A stretch of 63,004 nucleotides of DNA, taken from contig VGOB01000002.1 in the NCBI GenBank assembly GCA_016865935.1, positions 1 through 63,004 on the forward strand. Reading direction: 5' to 3'. Positions within the stretch are counted from its first letter, which is position 1, and each line of letters begins with the position of its first letter. This DNA is from Chloroflexota bacterium. Lineage in GTDB: Bacteria > Chloroflexota > Anaerolineae > UBA4142. Below the pieces are notes generated by a model. That model was not told the DNA's origin and made no database searches. It was given only the letters and a program-made list of their open reading frames with translations. Below, piece after piece: positions 37,795 to 47,512 of the stretch. The position numbers and the translations under genes are program-made.

Positions 37795-37882
37795 TTGGAT
37801 AGCTTGATAGTTGGGTAGTTGGATGGTTGGCTAGTTCGACTGCAAAACTATCCAACTATGTAACTATGCAACTACCCGACTA
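37790..37882. repeat. Inverted octamer array (TAGTTGGA / TCCAACTA)
   Basis: tagttggatagcttgatagttgggtagttgg...aactatccaactatgtaactatgcaacta. Confidence 0.75.
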
Positions 37883-38499
37883 TGAAACCCATCCTGGTTC
37901 TCGGTCTCGGTAATCCGTTGCAAGGCGATGATGGTGTTGGTTGCCGCGTCGCGCAGGAGTTGGAACGTGTCATTGCGAGCCGTCCTGAGCAGAGCGTAGC
38001 GGAGTCGAAGGAAGCGGCGAAGCAATCTCCAACTCGCGAATCGGAGATTGCTTCGTCGCAGCCCTTCGACTCCGCAGCACAAAACGCTGCTCCGCTCAGG
38101 GTGCTCCTCGCAATGACACGATGGCAAGATGTCGAGGTGATGGATGGCGGGACGCCCGGCGTCGGCTTGCTGAATGTGATCGAAAGGCGCGCGCGCGTGA
38201 TCATCATTGACGCGGCAGAGATGAGCATCGCGCCGGGAGCATTTCGGCGATTCACGCCGGAGCAAGTCGCGCTGACCGGTTCCGCGCAGCGATTCTCGCT
38301 GCATCGTTCCGGCGTCGCGGACGCGCTCGCGCTGGCGCGCGAATTGAAAATCGAACTGCCCGAAATCATTTTCTTCGGCGTTCAACCGGCAAGCGTCGAA
38401 TGGCGCGACGCACTCAGTCCGGCAGTGCAGGGCGCGGTGCCGCGCGTGATCGAAGCGATACTCAACGAATTGAATCAAAGGATGAAATCAGAAGGATGA
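37882..38499 (+). CDS. Hydrogenase maturation protease (HyaD/HycI family) with ~50-aa insertion
   Basis: LVLGLGNPLQGDDGVG, DGGT, IIIDAA, SLH, GVQP. Confidence 0.9.
   Translation: MKPILVLGLGNPLQGDDGVGCRVAQELERVIASRPEQSVAESKEAAKQSPTRESEIASSQPFDSAAQNAAPLRVLLAMTRWQDVEVMDGGTPGVGLLNVIERRARVIIIDAAEMSIAPGAFRRFTPEQVALTGSAQRFSLHRSGVADALALARELKIELPEIIFFGVQPASVEWRDALSPAVQGAVPRVIEAILNELNQRMKSEG
37966..38120. repeat. In-frame palindromic element inside the protease gene
   Basis: Perfect 14-bp inverted ends CGTGTCATTGCGAG/CTCGCAATGACACG; internal GAAGCAATCTCC/GGAGATTGCTTC as in 56520-56603. Confidence 0.85.
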
Positions 38500-38561
38500 A
38501 GGATGAAAAATTTATTCATCCCTCCGCCTTCATCCTTCATCCTTGATTTTAGGAGTTCACT

Positions 38562-38963
38562 ATGGCAAATGAAAAAATTCTGATTATTGACGATGACGAC
38601 GATCTGGTGCTGGCGATGCGCTTGCCGCTCGAAGCCGCGGGCTACAAAGTGGCGCGCGCAGCCAACGGCGAAGAAGGGCTGAAAAAAGTCAAAGAAGTCA
38701 AGCCCGATCTGATCATCCTCGACGTGATGATGGACTCGACGACGGCGGGCTTTCAAGTGTCGCTCGCGCTCCGCAGTCCTGATCCAACATCGGAGTACAA
38801 AGCGTACAGCAAAATTCCGATCCTGATGTTGACGGCGATTCACTCGACCACGCCGTTGCGCTTTGGACCCGACCAAGAGTATCTGCCCGTAGATACCTTC
38901 ATCGAAAAACCGATCGAACCGGCGAAACTGCTCGACCAGGTCCGCAAACATTTGAAATCCTGA
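38562..38963 (+). CDS. Single-domain response regulator (receiver)
   Basis: ILIIDDD, PDLIILDVMM, ILMLTA, IEKP. Confidence 0.92.
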   Translation: MANEKILIIDDDDDLVLAMRLPLEAAGYKVARAANGEEGLKKVKEVKPDLIILDVMMDSTTAGFQVSLALRSPDPTSEYKAYSKIPILMLTAIHSTTPLRFGPDQEYLPVDTFIEKPIEPAKLLDQVRKHLKS

Positions 38964-39054
38964 TCGTAAGGGCGAAGCAGTGGCAGAGTTGCCGCGTCGA
39001 TCGAGCAGTCGGCATCAGCCAATGCTTCGCCCCTACCTTTTTGCGGTGGTGATT

Positions 39055-40944
39055 ATGAATTCAGCCGCGCTACGCGATGCCGCGCAATCCAGTTCCGTGC
39101 CGCTTGAAGCGGAACTCGTTTCCAGTATGACCTGGCTCATCACGATCCGATGGTTGGCAGGCATCGGCGTGTTGGGCGCGACGTTCGTCGCCGACACTTT
39201 CTTTCGCGTATCTCTCCCCGCGCTGTCGCTCTATCTGCTCGGCGTCATTATCCTCGTCTATAACGCCGCGTTCCACCTGATCGCCCGGCGCTTGATGCGA
39301 AAAGAACCGCGCGCGCATCACCAGTCCGATTTTTTCACCAAGACGCAAATCGGGTGCGATTGGCTGGCGATGACCGCGCTGATTCATTTTTCCGGCGGAC
39401 TCGAAAGCCCGGCGATCTTTTATTTTTTCTTTCACGTCGTCATCGCCTCCATTTTGCTTTCGATGCGCGCGACGTTTTTGTACGCGGCGATGGCGGCGCT
39501 CCTGATCAGCGCGATTGGCATTGGGGAATATGCCGGCGCATTGCCGCACTATTTCGTCTTGGCGAACGCGTCCGCCGCGCTGTATCGCCAGCCCCTTTTC
39601 GTCCTCGGTACGATTTTCTTCTTCAGCAGCACGATGTTCGTCGCGGCGTACCTTGCCTCTACGCTCAACGCGCGACTACGCAAACGCGAAGCCCAGGTCG
39701 TCACACTCAGCCAAAATTTGTTGAGCGCGTACACGCGCCTGGAAACCGTCTACGAATCGGCGGAAGCGGTCAACTCGACGCTTGAACTCACGCAGGTGTT
39801 GGATCGCCTGGTGCAACGGACGGCGGATGCGCTCGGCGTGCGCGCGTGTTCGATTCGTCTGCTCGACGAAACCGGCGCGCGCTTGAACGTCGCGGCGGTG
39901 TACGGCTTGAGCGACGCGTACGTCAAGAAAGGCGATTTGACCCTGGATCAAAATCCGCTCGCGCGCGAAGTGATCGCGGGCAAGGCGATCATCGTCAACG
40001 ATGTGGCGACCGACACGCGTTTGCAGTATCCGCAACAGGCACTGGAAGAAGGCATTGCTTCGATGCTCTCCGCGCCGTTGCACGGCAAGCAAGGTCCGCT
40101 CGGTTTGATTCGCGCGTACAGCGTGGACGCGTATCATTTTACAGCGGACGACGCGGAATTCGTCAGCGCGATCGCGCGGCAAGGTAGCATCGCGATCGAA
40201 AACGCGCTGGCGTATCAAGCGCTCGGCAAACTCGATCAGATGAAATCGCGCTTCGTGATGACGGTGACGCACGAACTGCGGTCGCCGGTGAGCGTCGTGC
40301 GCAGTTTGTTGCGGACATTGCTCGCCGGGTACGTCGGCGAGCTGGGCGAGACGCAGCGCGAGATGCTTCAGCGCGTGCAGTATCGCGCCGATTTTCTGCA
40401 AACGCTGATTGACGATCTGCTCGATCTGGCGGCGGGCAAAGCGGACGTGAGCGCGAAAGAGGAAATCGTGCCGGTGCGGTTGGATGAAGCCGTCGCGCGC
40501 GTCGTCGAGCGGTTCACGATTCCCGCGCAGGAAAAAGCCATCGCGCTGGAATGGGAGTGCGCGTGCGCGGACGGTCCGATCAAAATCGCCGCGACGAACG
40601 AGGGGATCGATCGCGTCTTGAACAACCTGGTTTCCAACGCGGTCAAGTACACGCCGCACGGCGGACGCGTCGCGGTCAAGTTGTTCGCGCGCGCTAATCG
40701 CGCGACGCTGGAGGTTGCGGACAGCGGGATCGGGATTCCCGAAGACGCGCTGACGCACTTGTTCGAAGAATTTTATCGCGCGCCGAACGCAAGAGCCCAA
40801 GTCAAAGAAGGCACGGGCTTGGGTCTGGCGATCACCAAGGATTTGATCGTGCGCTACGGCGGGCATATCGGCGTGCAGAGTCAGGCGGGGCGGGGGACAA
40901 CTTTCACCGTCACGTTTCCAATTTTGATCGAGTTGCCGGTCTAG
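39055..40944 (+). CDS. Membrane sensor histidine kinase with GAF domain (start uncertain)
   Basis: About 6 TM helices, GAF (SMLSAPL...IAIENA), THELRSP, NLVSNAVKY, DSGIGI, GTGLGL. Confidence 0.9.
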   Translation: MNSAALRDAAQSSSVPLEAELVSSMTWLITIRWLAGIGVLGATFVADTFFRVSLPALSLYLLGVIILVYNAAFHLIARRLMRKEPRAHHQSDFFTKTQIGCDWLAMTALIHFSGGLESPAIFYFFFHVVIASILLSMRATFLYAAMAALLISAIGIGEYAGALPHYFVLANASAALYRQPLFVLGTIFFFSSTMFVAAYLASTLNARLRKREAQVVTLSQNLLSAYTRLETVYESAEAVNSTLELTQVLDRLVQRTADALGVRACSIRLLDETGARLNVAAVYGLSDAYVKKGDLTLDQNPLAREVIAGKAIIVNDVATDTRLQYPQQALEEGIASMLSAPLHGKQGPLGLIRAYSVDAYHFTADDAEFVSAIARQGSIAIENALAYQALGKLDQMKSRFVMTVTHELRSPVSVVRSLLRTLLAGYVGELGETQREMLQRVQYRADFLQTLIDDLLDLAAGKADVSAKEEIVPVRLDEAVARVVERFTIPAQEKAIALEWECACADGPIKIAATNEGIDRVLNNLVSNAVKYTPHGGRVAVKLFARANRATLEVADSGIGIPEDALTHLFEEFYRAPNARAQVKEGTGLGLAITKDLIVRYGGHIGVQSQAGRGTTFTVTFPILIELPV

Positions 40945-40968
40945 CCCGCGCGGCGGACGACGACGACG

Positions 40969-41002
40969 AAATGCCATTGCGCGCCGCGTAATGGCATTTT
41001 TC
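40969..41002 (+). terminator. Intrinsic terminator after the kinase gene
   Basis: AAATGCCATTGCGC/GCGTAATGGCATTT stem followed by a T-run. Confidence 0.65.
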
Positions 41003-41058
41003 ATTTCGCGCGTCCATTTTTATTTTCCGCGAGACGATGCTATAATGACGCGCAGGAG

Positions 41059-41751
41059 ATGCCCGTGCTGGCTTTGGATTTGTTACCGATCTTGAAACAA
41101 CACCGCCCGTTTGCGATTTTGTCGTCCGTGGGCTTGGCGGTGTTGTACGTTGAATTGAGTTGGGCGAGTTTCAATTTCTGGTCGTCTCGTTCGCTTGACG
41201 AAGCGATCGCGGTGACCGGGTTGATCGCAGTCCTCGCGTTCGTCGGTTATCTGATTTCCTTTTTCGTCCCGCCGTTGCTGGTGCGCGACACCTGGGATCA
41301 TCCGCGCGCGTGGGGCGTGTTGAGCAACGTCGCCGCCTGGTCGGTGGGCATTACGATTGCGCTCAACGTGATCGAATTCGGGCTGTTGTTGTATCTGGTC
41401 AATTTCGATCTGATCGCCAGCTACCATCTTTTGCGCGATGTCTACGTCTACACTTTTTTCGCGCTGCTTTTCTTTCACGGCTTGTTGTTGTACGTCCGCT
41501 ATGTGACTTTTCTCTACCAGACGCCCGATCACGTTCAGCCGCTCAAAGTGATCGCATCGTCACTGGGCGTGGGGCTGATCCTGCTGTTCGTGGGCGGCTT
41601 TTTGTTTTTGATCGATCTGGTTCATCTCGAAAACGCGTCGGCGGCGATGCAAGGCATAATGGGCTTGCACGTCTACGGGCGCGGACTCTATTTGTTTACG
41701 CTCGTGATCGCCGCGTATGTCTGGCACTTGCGCTGGATCGCGGATCACTGA
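41059..41751 (+). CDS. Integral membrane protein of unknown function
   Basis: About 6 hydrophobic helices; TGCTATAAT at 41038-41046 and AGGAG upstream. Confidence 0.7.
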   Translation: MPVLALDLLPILKQHRPFAILSSVGLAVLYVELSWASFNFWSSRSLDEAIAVTGLIAVLAFVGYLISFFVPPLLVRDTWDHPRAWGVLSNVAAWSVGITIALNVIEFGLLLYLVNFDLIASYHLLRDVYVYTFFALLFFHGLLLYVRYVTFLYQTPDHVQPLKVIASSLGVGLILLFVGGFLFLIDLVHLENASAAMQGIMGLHVYGRGLYLFTLVIAAYVWHLRWIADH

Positions 41752-41827
41752 TACACAAGTCAGTATTCAGTGTTCAGTGTTCAGACGACTGAAGACTGAA
41801 CACGGAACACTAAACTCTGGAGGACTA

Positions 41828-42595
41828 GTGCGAATTCCCATCATCGCGGGAAACTGGAAAATGAACAAAACGATTGCGGAGGCGCGCGAGTTGGTCGGCG
41901 CGCTGCGCGATGAGTTGACGCGCGTCGCCGCCGATGGCAAGGTGCAGATCGTTTTGTGTCCGCCGTTCATCGCGCTTGCCGAAGTTGCCGCGCGCGTCAA
42001 GGAGACGCCAATCAAAGTCGGCGCGCAAAATTTATTTTGGGAAGTCAAAGGCGCGTACACCGGCGAAATCGCGCCGCCGATGCTGAACGAAGTGTGCGAT
42101 TACGTCATCATCGGTCATTCCGAACGCCGCCAGTATTTCGGCGAGACGGATGAAGGCGTCAACAAGAAAACGCGCGTCGCGCTCGCGCATCACCTGACGC
42201 CGATTGTGTGCGTCGGCGAGAATTTGCAACAGAACGAAGCGGGGCAGACGGCGCAGATCGTCGGCGCGCAAGTGCGCGCCGCGTTCACGGAGATCGCGCG
42301 CGACGACGCGCGGCGTTGCGTCATCGCGTACGAGCCGGTCTGGGCGATCGGCACCGGCAAAGCCGCGAGCGGCGCGGGCGCGAACGCGGTGATCGGCTTG
42401 ACGATTCGCGGCGCGCTGGCGGACTTGTACGACGAAGCGACCGCGCAAACGATCCGCGTGCAGTACGGCGGCAGTGTCACACCGAAAAACGTCGCGGAAT
42501 TTTTCGCGCAACCGGAAATTGACGGCGCGCTCGTCGGCGGCGCAAGTTTGCTCGCGGCGGATTTCATCGCGATTTGTCAGGCGGCAAGGAAATAG
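41828..42595 (+). CDS. tpiA: Triosephosphate isomerase
   Basis: GGAGG RBS + GTG; AGNWKMN, IGHSERR, AYEPVWAIGTG, YGGSV, DGALVGGASL. Confidence 0.97.
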   Translation: MRIPIIAGNWKMNKTIAEARELVGALRDELTRVAADGKVQIVLCPPFIALAEVAARVKETPIKVGAQNLFWEVKGAYTGEIAPPMLNEVCDYVIIGHSERRQYFGETDEGVNKKTRVALAHHLTPIVCVGENLQQNEAGQTAQIVGAQVRAAFTEIARDDARRCVIAYEPVWAIGTGKAASGAGANAVIGLTIRGALADLYDEATAQTIRVQYGGSVTPKNVAEFFAQPEIDGALVGGASLLAADFIAICQAARK

Positions 42596-42686
42596 TTCAA
42601 GGTTTGCAGGTTCAAGGTTCAAAGTTAAACTTGGAACCTTGAACCTTGAACCTTGAACCTTGAACTTTGAACCTTGAACCCTGAAC
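42595..42686. repeat. Inverted heptamer array (GTTCAAG / CTTGAAC)
   Basis: gttcaaggtt...gaaccttgaaccttgaaccttgaac. Confidence 0.85.
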
Positions 42687-42691
42687 CCCCA

Positions 42692-43441
42692 ATGTCCATC
42701 CTCATCTTCCTCGTCGTCTTCGCGCTGACGATTTTTTTGCAACGCTGGTTGCATCAGCACATCCAGGGATTCGCGCTCGCGCTCACGGGCAAACCGGGTT
42801 GCGGATTGCGCTTGCTGTTCTATTTGCTATTGCCCGGCGTGATCCTGCACGAATTGAGTCATTACATCGTCGCCAAAGTATTGCTCGTGCGAACCGGCAA
42901 CGTCCACATCGGGCTGGGCAACCCGCGCGCCAGACGCGTCACGCTCGGCTCGGTGAACATCGAACGGACAGATCCGTTCCGCGAAAGTCTGATCGGCGCG
43001 GCGCCGTTCGTTTTCGGCGTCGGCGCGATTTGGCTGATCGCGGCGTGGGGCTTTGACGTGTGGCCCCAAGCCGGCGCGTCGTGGGAGTTGTTCTTTCAGC
43101 GCGTCGCGCAGTACGCGGACGATTGGACGACCTGGCTCGATCTCTATCTGATCTTCGCGGTGAGTACCGCGATGATCCCCAGCGAATCGGATCGCGCACC
43201 GTGGGGTCCCGTGTTCACCGTGTTTGGCGCGCTCGTCGCGTTCTTGTTCGTCCTGGGATGGACGCCCAACATTCCGCCCGCCGCGATGACGCTCGCGCGC
43301 AACTGGCTCGACGCGCTCACGTTCGCGCTGGGACTGGCGGTGATCGTCAACGGGGTGATCGCCGTCGCGTTGTGGATTTTGGAGGTGACGTTGCGGCAAA
43401 TCAGCGGCAAGCGCGTGGACTATCGCGTGCGGCGGCGGTAA
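42692..43441 (+). CDS. Membrane protein with HExxH motif (M50-like metalloprotease)
   Basis: PGVILHELSH, LIGAAPF, PSESD; several TM helices. Confidence 0.65.
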   Translation: MSILIFLVVFALTIFLQRWLHQHIQGFALALTGKPGCGLRLLFYLLLPGVILHELSHYIVAKVLLVRTGNVHIGLGNPRARRVTLGSVNIERTDPFRESLIGAAPFVFGVGAIWLIAAWGFDVWPQAGASWELFFQRVAQYADDWTTWLDLYLIFAVSTAMIPSESDRAPWGPVFTVFGALVAFLFVLGWTPNIPPAAMTLARNWLDALTFALGLAVIVNGVIAVALWILEVTLRQISGKRVDYRVRRR

Positions 43442-43448
43442 AAACAGG

Positions 43449-43477
43449 AACCCAGGTTTCGCTACGAAACCTGGGTT
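43449..43477. terminator. Palindrome / bidirectional terminator between convergent genes
   Basis: AACCCAGGTTTCG/CGAAACCTGGGTT perfect 13-bp stem. Confidence 0.65.
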
Positions 43478-44506
43478 TTACTTCTGGGGTGAGGGCGGAC
43501 TGAGTTTGACGAGCAACGCAATCGCGCTCAGCCCGATCACCACCAGGGCGATCAGTTTGTAGATACCGGTCGGCAGAATCAGCGCGAGCGCGCCGAACAA
43601 GATCGTGACGGCATAGTAGAGAAAGACGATCACGCGTTGCGGTACGCCCAGATCGAGCAAGCGATGGTGCAGGTGACCGCGATCGGCGGAGAACGGCGAT
43701 TTGCCCGCGCGAACGCGCTGGATGATTTGCCACGCCACGTCGAGAATCGGGATGCTGAGGACGAGCAACGCGGTGCCCACTTTCGCGCCACCGATGATTG
43801 ACAGCGCGCCGAGCGCCAAGCCCAGCACGTTCGCGCCGGCGCTGCCCATAAAAATTTGCGCCGGGAAAAAATTGAACAACAGGAACCCCAGGACACTGCC
43901 GAGGAGCGCGAGCGCGAGGAGCGCGAGCGAGTTCTGTCCCAGGTTGAATGTGTGCGCGAACAACAGCGCGCCCGCAATCAGGACGACGCCGCCTGCCAAG
44001 CCGTCAATCCCGTCCAGCCAGTTGATCGTGTTCATCATTCCGACCAGCCAGAACAACGTGAAGAGAAAGGCAAACCAGGTTTCGAACGGCGCAAAGTGTC
44101 CCGGGAACGGGTTGGAGACTTCACGGATCAAGACCCCGCTCGCGGCGACGATAATCGCCGCGATGATCTGCGCGATGAGTTGCGGCGCGGGAGCGAGTTC
44201 GCGATGATCGTCGTACACGCCAACAACAAACACCAACGCGCCGCCAATGAAAAGCCCGATCAGGCGCGGCATCTCGAATTCATCCGTGCGCGGATACGAC
44301 AGCGAGACGCCGACCGCCGCGAAAAACGCGACGAAGAGTGATAGTCCGCCGAGTTTGGGTGTGGGCTGGGCGTGCTGATGCCGATTGCGGGGCTGGTCTA
44401 CCGCGCCGGTTCGCAATGCCAGACGCGCGGCGAGCGGCGTGAGCGTGAGCGCGATCAAGAATCCAGTGGCAAAGACAAGAACAAAAATCATCGTGACTCG
44501 ATCCAT
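43478..44506 (-). CDS. WecA/TagO-like polyprenyl-phosphate GlcNAc-1-P transferase (MraY/GT4 family)
   Basis: PTPKLGG, GVYDD, NTINWLDGIDGL, FNFFPAQIFMG, ADRGHLHHRL. Confidence 0.9.
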   Translation of the reverse strand: MDRVTMIFVLVFATGFLIALTLTPLAARLALRTGAVDQPRNRHQHAQPTPKLGGLSLFVAFFAAVGVSLSYPRTDEFEMPRLIGLFIGGALVFVVGVYDDHRELAPAPQLIAQIIAAIIVAASGVLIREVSNPFPGHFAPFETWFAFLFTLFWLVGMMNTINWLDGIDGLAGGVVLIAGALLFAHTFNLGQNSLALLALALLGSVLGFLLFNFFPAQIFMGSAGANVLGLALGALSIIGGAKVGTALLVLSIPILDVAWQIIQRVRAGKSPFSADRGHLHHRLLDLGVPQRVIVFLYYAVTILFGALALILPTGIYKLIALVVIGLSAIALLVKLSPPSPQK

Positions 44507-44555
44507 TCTATTCCACACCGCGTCGCGTGTCAAAGTTGGCGCATCGCGCGCGTAG

Positions 44556-44698
44556 GGTGTAATTCACTTTCGGGGGCAACTGTCATTCTGAGCGAAGCGA
44601 AGAATCTCGCAAGTTCTGGAGAGACGCTTCGCGGAGTTTACAGTGAGCGAAGCCGAACTGCTCAGCGTGACAACTTCTCCCCCAAAGTGAATTACACC
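44556..44698. mobile_element. Nested miniature inverted-repeat element
   Basis: Outer perfect 15-bp IR GGTGTAATTCACTTT/AAAGTGAATTACACC enclosing an inner TGTCATTCTGAGC...GCTCAGCGTGACA palindrome (44581-44672). Confidence 0.65.
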
Positions 44699-44756
44699 TC
44701 GCGCGTTGCGGCAATTGCATATTTGCGCGATTGGGGCTATAATCCAGACAAGAACT

Positions 44757-46085
44757 ATGCAGAACGATCCGAGTTGGGAAACTCACGTGGGCGCGATGCA
44801 CGACGCGGTGCGCGCGCGCCGGAATACGGGCGTCACCGCATTTCTGCTGGCGGCGTTGCTGATCTGCGTGCTCGGCGCGGTGGCAATGCCGAGCGGCTTG
44901 GGTGTGCTGGTGGGCTATCAGGAGTTGCAAGCGCAAAACCACGAGTCGGCGATCATTCATTTCAATCGCGGCTTGAGTTACCTCAACGAAAAATATCCGG
45001 AACTCGCGCGCAATGAATTCGAAATCGCGCTCAAGTACGACGAGACGTTCGAACCGGCGCGGGAAAAACTGGACGAGTTGCAGATACCGAACGGGAGCAG
45101 TACGCCCGGCGCGCTGCAACAAGATCGGATTGCCGCCGCGCTGTACGACGAAGCGCGCGGGTTGGTGAATCAGAAAGAGTGGAGCGACGCGATCACGCGC
45201 CTGGAACAAGTGCGGACACTCAATCCGGGTTATCGAACGGCTGACGTGAACGATCTGTTGTACCAGGCGTACATCAATTCCGGCAAAGCCGCCGTCGCCG
45301 CCGGACAAATCGAAATCGCGCGCGAGCGTTTTGAATCGGCGCTGGCGATCCGCAACACGGACGCCGAAATCAAACGCCAACGCGATCTCGCCGTGTTGTA
45401 TCTCGAAGGACAGCAAGCGTTCGGTTACAACTGGCAGACCGCCGTCACCAAATTGTCCGCGCTCTTTCAGCAAGACCCGAATTACGCCGATGTCAAAAAA
45501 CGATTGTACGACGCGCACATCCAGTACGGCGACAAGGCGTGCAAAGAAGGCGCGTGGGCGCTCGCGCAGCGCGAGTACGACGGCGCGCTCGCGCTGGTGA
45601 ACGATCCGCAACTCGCGCAGAAACGCGCGCAAGCGCAGACGATCTGCAAGCGCGCGCCCACGCCCACACCTGCCGATACGCCGGTGATCGTCGGCACGCC
45701 GGCGATCAGCGGCACACTTGCGCCGGGCGGCACGCCCACGCTGATCGCGCTGCCGATGGCGGAAAGTTACACCTGGGTCACTTCGACCGCGCGCGACAAA
45801 CCGTGCACGGGCGCCGGGACCGTCAGCGGCGCGGTGCGCGACGCGCTGGGACGCGCGCTGGCGAATGTGTTGGTGGGGTACTATGCCGATGACATTCCAC
45901 TGACCACCGCGCGCACGAACGCCACCGGGCAATATCAACTCACCTTGGGCAAAGATCCGCGCGTGTTGCACGTCGTTCTGTTGGGTGCGGATGGCAAAAC
46001 GCCGTTGACTGATACGCTCGTGCATTATCCAGGTGGGCTGGTGGCGGGCTGTCACGTCGTGATCGAGTGGCAACGCGTGCAGTGA
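44757..46085 (+). CDS. Membrane-anchored TPR-repeat protein with C-terminal carboxypeptidase-regulatory-like domain
   Basis: TM helix, TPR-like helices (HFNRGLSYL..ARNEFEIAL), PT linker, VSGAVRDALG...TNATGQY. Confidence 0.7.
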   Translation: MQNDPSWETHVGAMHDAVRARRNTGVTAFLLAALLICVLGAVAMPSGLGVLVGYQELQAQNHESAIIHFNRGLSYLNEKYPELARNEFEIALKYDETFEPAREKLDELQIPNGSSTPGALQQDRIAAALYDEARGLVNQKEWSDAITRLEQVRTLNPGYRTADVNDLLYQAYINSGKAAVAAGQIEIARERFESALAIRNTDAEIKRQRDLAVLYLEGQQAFGYNWQTAVTKLSALFQQDPNYADVKKRLYDAHIQYGDKACKEGAWALAQREYDGALALVNDPQLAQKRAQAQTICKRAPTPTPADTPVIVGTPAISGTLAPGGTPTLIALPMAESYTWVTSTARDKPCTGAGTVSGAVRDALGRALANVLVGYYADDIPLTTARTNATGQYQLTLGKDPRVLHVVLLGADGKTPLTDTLVHYPGGLVAGCHVVIEWQRVQ

Positions 46086-46129
46086 AGTAAGGCGCGAGCC
46101 CGTTTCGCGTTTTACGTTCGAGGAGTGCG

Positions 46130-47440
46130 ATGAGAAAATTTTTTCGTGTGCTGGCGCTGGGTTTGATCGTCTTGGCGTTCGCGTTGCCCGCCATCGCGCG
46201 CGCGCAGAGCGGCGCGCACGTCAACGTGCTCACGGTGAATGGCGCGATTGATATCTGGGTCGAAGGATACATCAATCGGGGCATCACGCTTTCCGAACAG
46301 GATGGCGCGCAGGCGATCGTCATCCTCTTGAACACGCCGGGGGGCGCGCTCAACGCCACGCAAAATATCACGACGCGGATGTTGAACGCGCGCGTGCCGG
46401 TGATCGTCTTTGTGTATCCCCCGGGCGCGTGGGCGGGGTCGGCGGGCACGTTCATCACGCTGGCGTCCCATATCGCCGCGATGGCGCCGACGACGACGAT
46501 CGGCGCGGCGCACCCGGTTGCCGCCGGAAGTGAGCAGCTGGAAGGCGACGCGCGCGACAAGGTCACCAACTTTTCCGTCGCGATGATCCAAAACCTGGCG
46601 CGCGAGCGCGGCAGAAACGCCGAATGGGCGGGCAAAGCGGTCAAGGAAAGTGTTTCAGCCACCGCGCAAGAAGCGTTGCAGTTGAACGCGATTGACTTGA
46701 TCGCGAACGATGTGGATGATTTGCTGAACCGCGTGGATGGCAAAACCGTCAAGACCGCGGCCGGCGAATTGACGTTGCGAACCCAACGCGCCAGAGTCAA
46801 CTCCGTGGAGATGAATTTTGCGGAATTGATCCTGCACACGATCGTCGATCCGAATCTCGCGCTGATCCTGCTGCAAATCGGCTTGCTCGCGATCGCTGTC
46901 GAGTTGTACAATCCCGGCGCGACGTTGCCCGCCGTCGTCGGCGGCATTTGCCTGGTGCTGGCATTCGTCGCGCTGGGCAACCTGCCGGTGAACTGGGGCG
47001 GCGTGATCCTGATCATAATGTCCGTGATCGCGTTCGTGATTGACGTGCAAGTGAACAGCATCGCGTTGACACTGGGCGCGTTGGGGATGTTCGTGCTGGG
47101 CGCGCTGTTGCTCTTTACGCCGCTGACGCCGCCAGCGCCGACGATGCCGGACGTTTCAGTCTCGCCCTGGGTGGTGCTGGCGTTGGGCGGCACGATGGCG
47201 GGGTTCTTTCTCTTCGTGCTAGGCGCGGCGGTGCGCGGACGCAAGTATCCGGTGTTGAACGGCGCGGAATCGCTCATCGGCGCGACGGGCGTCGCGCTCT
47301 CCGATCTCGCGCCGAGTGGAATGGCGCGCGTGAGGAGTGAGGAATGGCTTGCCGACGCGCAGGAAGGAGTGATCAAAGAAGGGGATGCGATCCAGGTTGT
47401 GCGTGTGGAAGGGTTACGGCTCAAAGTAGTGAAGAAATAA
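46130..47440 (+). CDS. nfeD: NfeD (ClpP-class membrane serine protease)
   Basis: LNTPGG, GAWAGSAGTFI, AMAPTTTIGAAHPV, C-terminal OB fold (G.ARVRSEEW). Confidence 0.92.
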   Translation: MRKFFRVLALGLIVLAFALPAIARAQSGAHVNVLTVNGAIDIWVEGYINRGITLSEQDGAQAIVILLNTPGGALNATQNITTRMLNARVPVIVFVYPPGAWAGSAGTFITLASHIAAMAPTTTIGAAHPVAAGSEQLEGDARDKVTNFSVAMIQNLARERGRNAEWAGKAVKESVSATAQEALQLNAIDLIANDVDDLLNRVDGKTVKTAAGELTLRTQRARVNSVEMNFAELILHTIVDPNLALILLQIGLLAIAVELYNPGATLPAVVGGICLVLAFVALGNLPVNWGGVILIIMSVIAFVIDVQVNSIALTLGALGMFVLGALLLFTPLTPPAPTMPDVSVSPWVVLALGGTMAGFFLFVLGAAVRGRKYPVLNGAESLIGATGVALSDLAPSGMARVRSEEWLADAQEGVIKEGDAIQVVRVEGLRLKVVKK

Positions 47441-47512
47441 GGGAACGGGGTACAGGTTGCAGCTGATTGTCGCTCCCTGTCCGCTGATCCCTGAACTCAA
47501 ATTCAAAGGAGA

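Noticed and set aside
39676-46073. Long minus-strand ORFs 39676-41004 and 44583-46073 (also 2870-4306 on plus and 61908-62996 on minus)
   Set aside because: Typical stop-poor antisense frames of GC-rich genes, each fully opposite a well-supported CDS.
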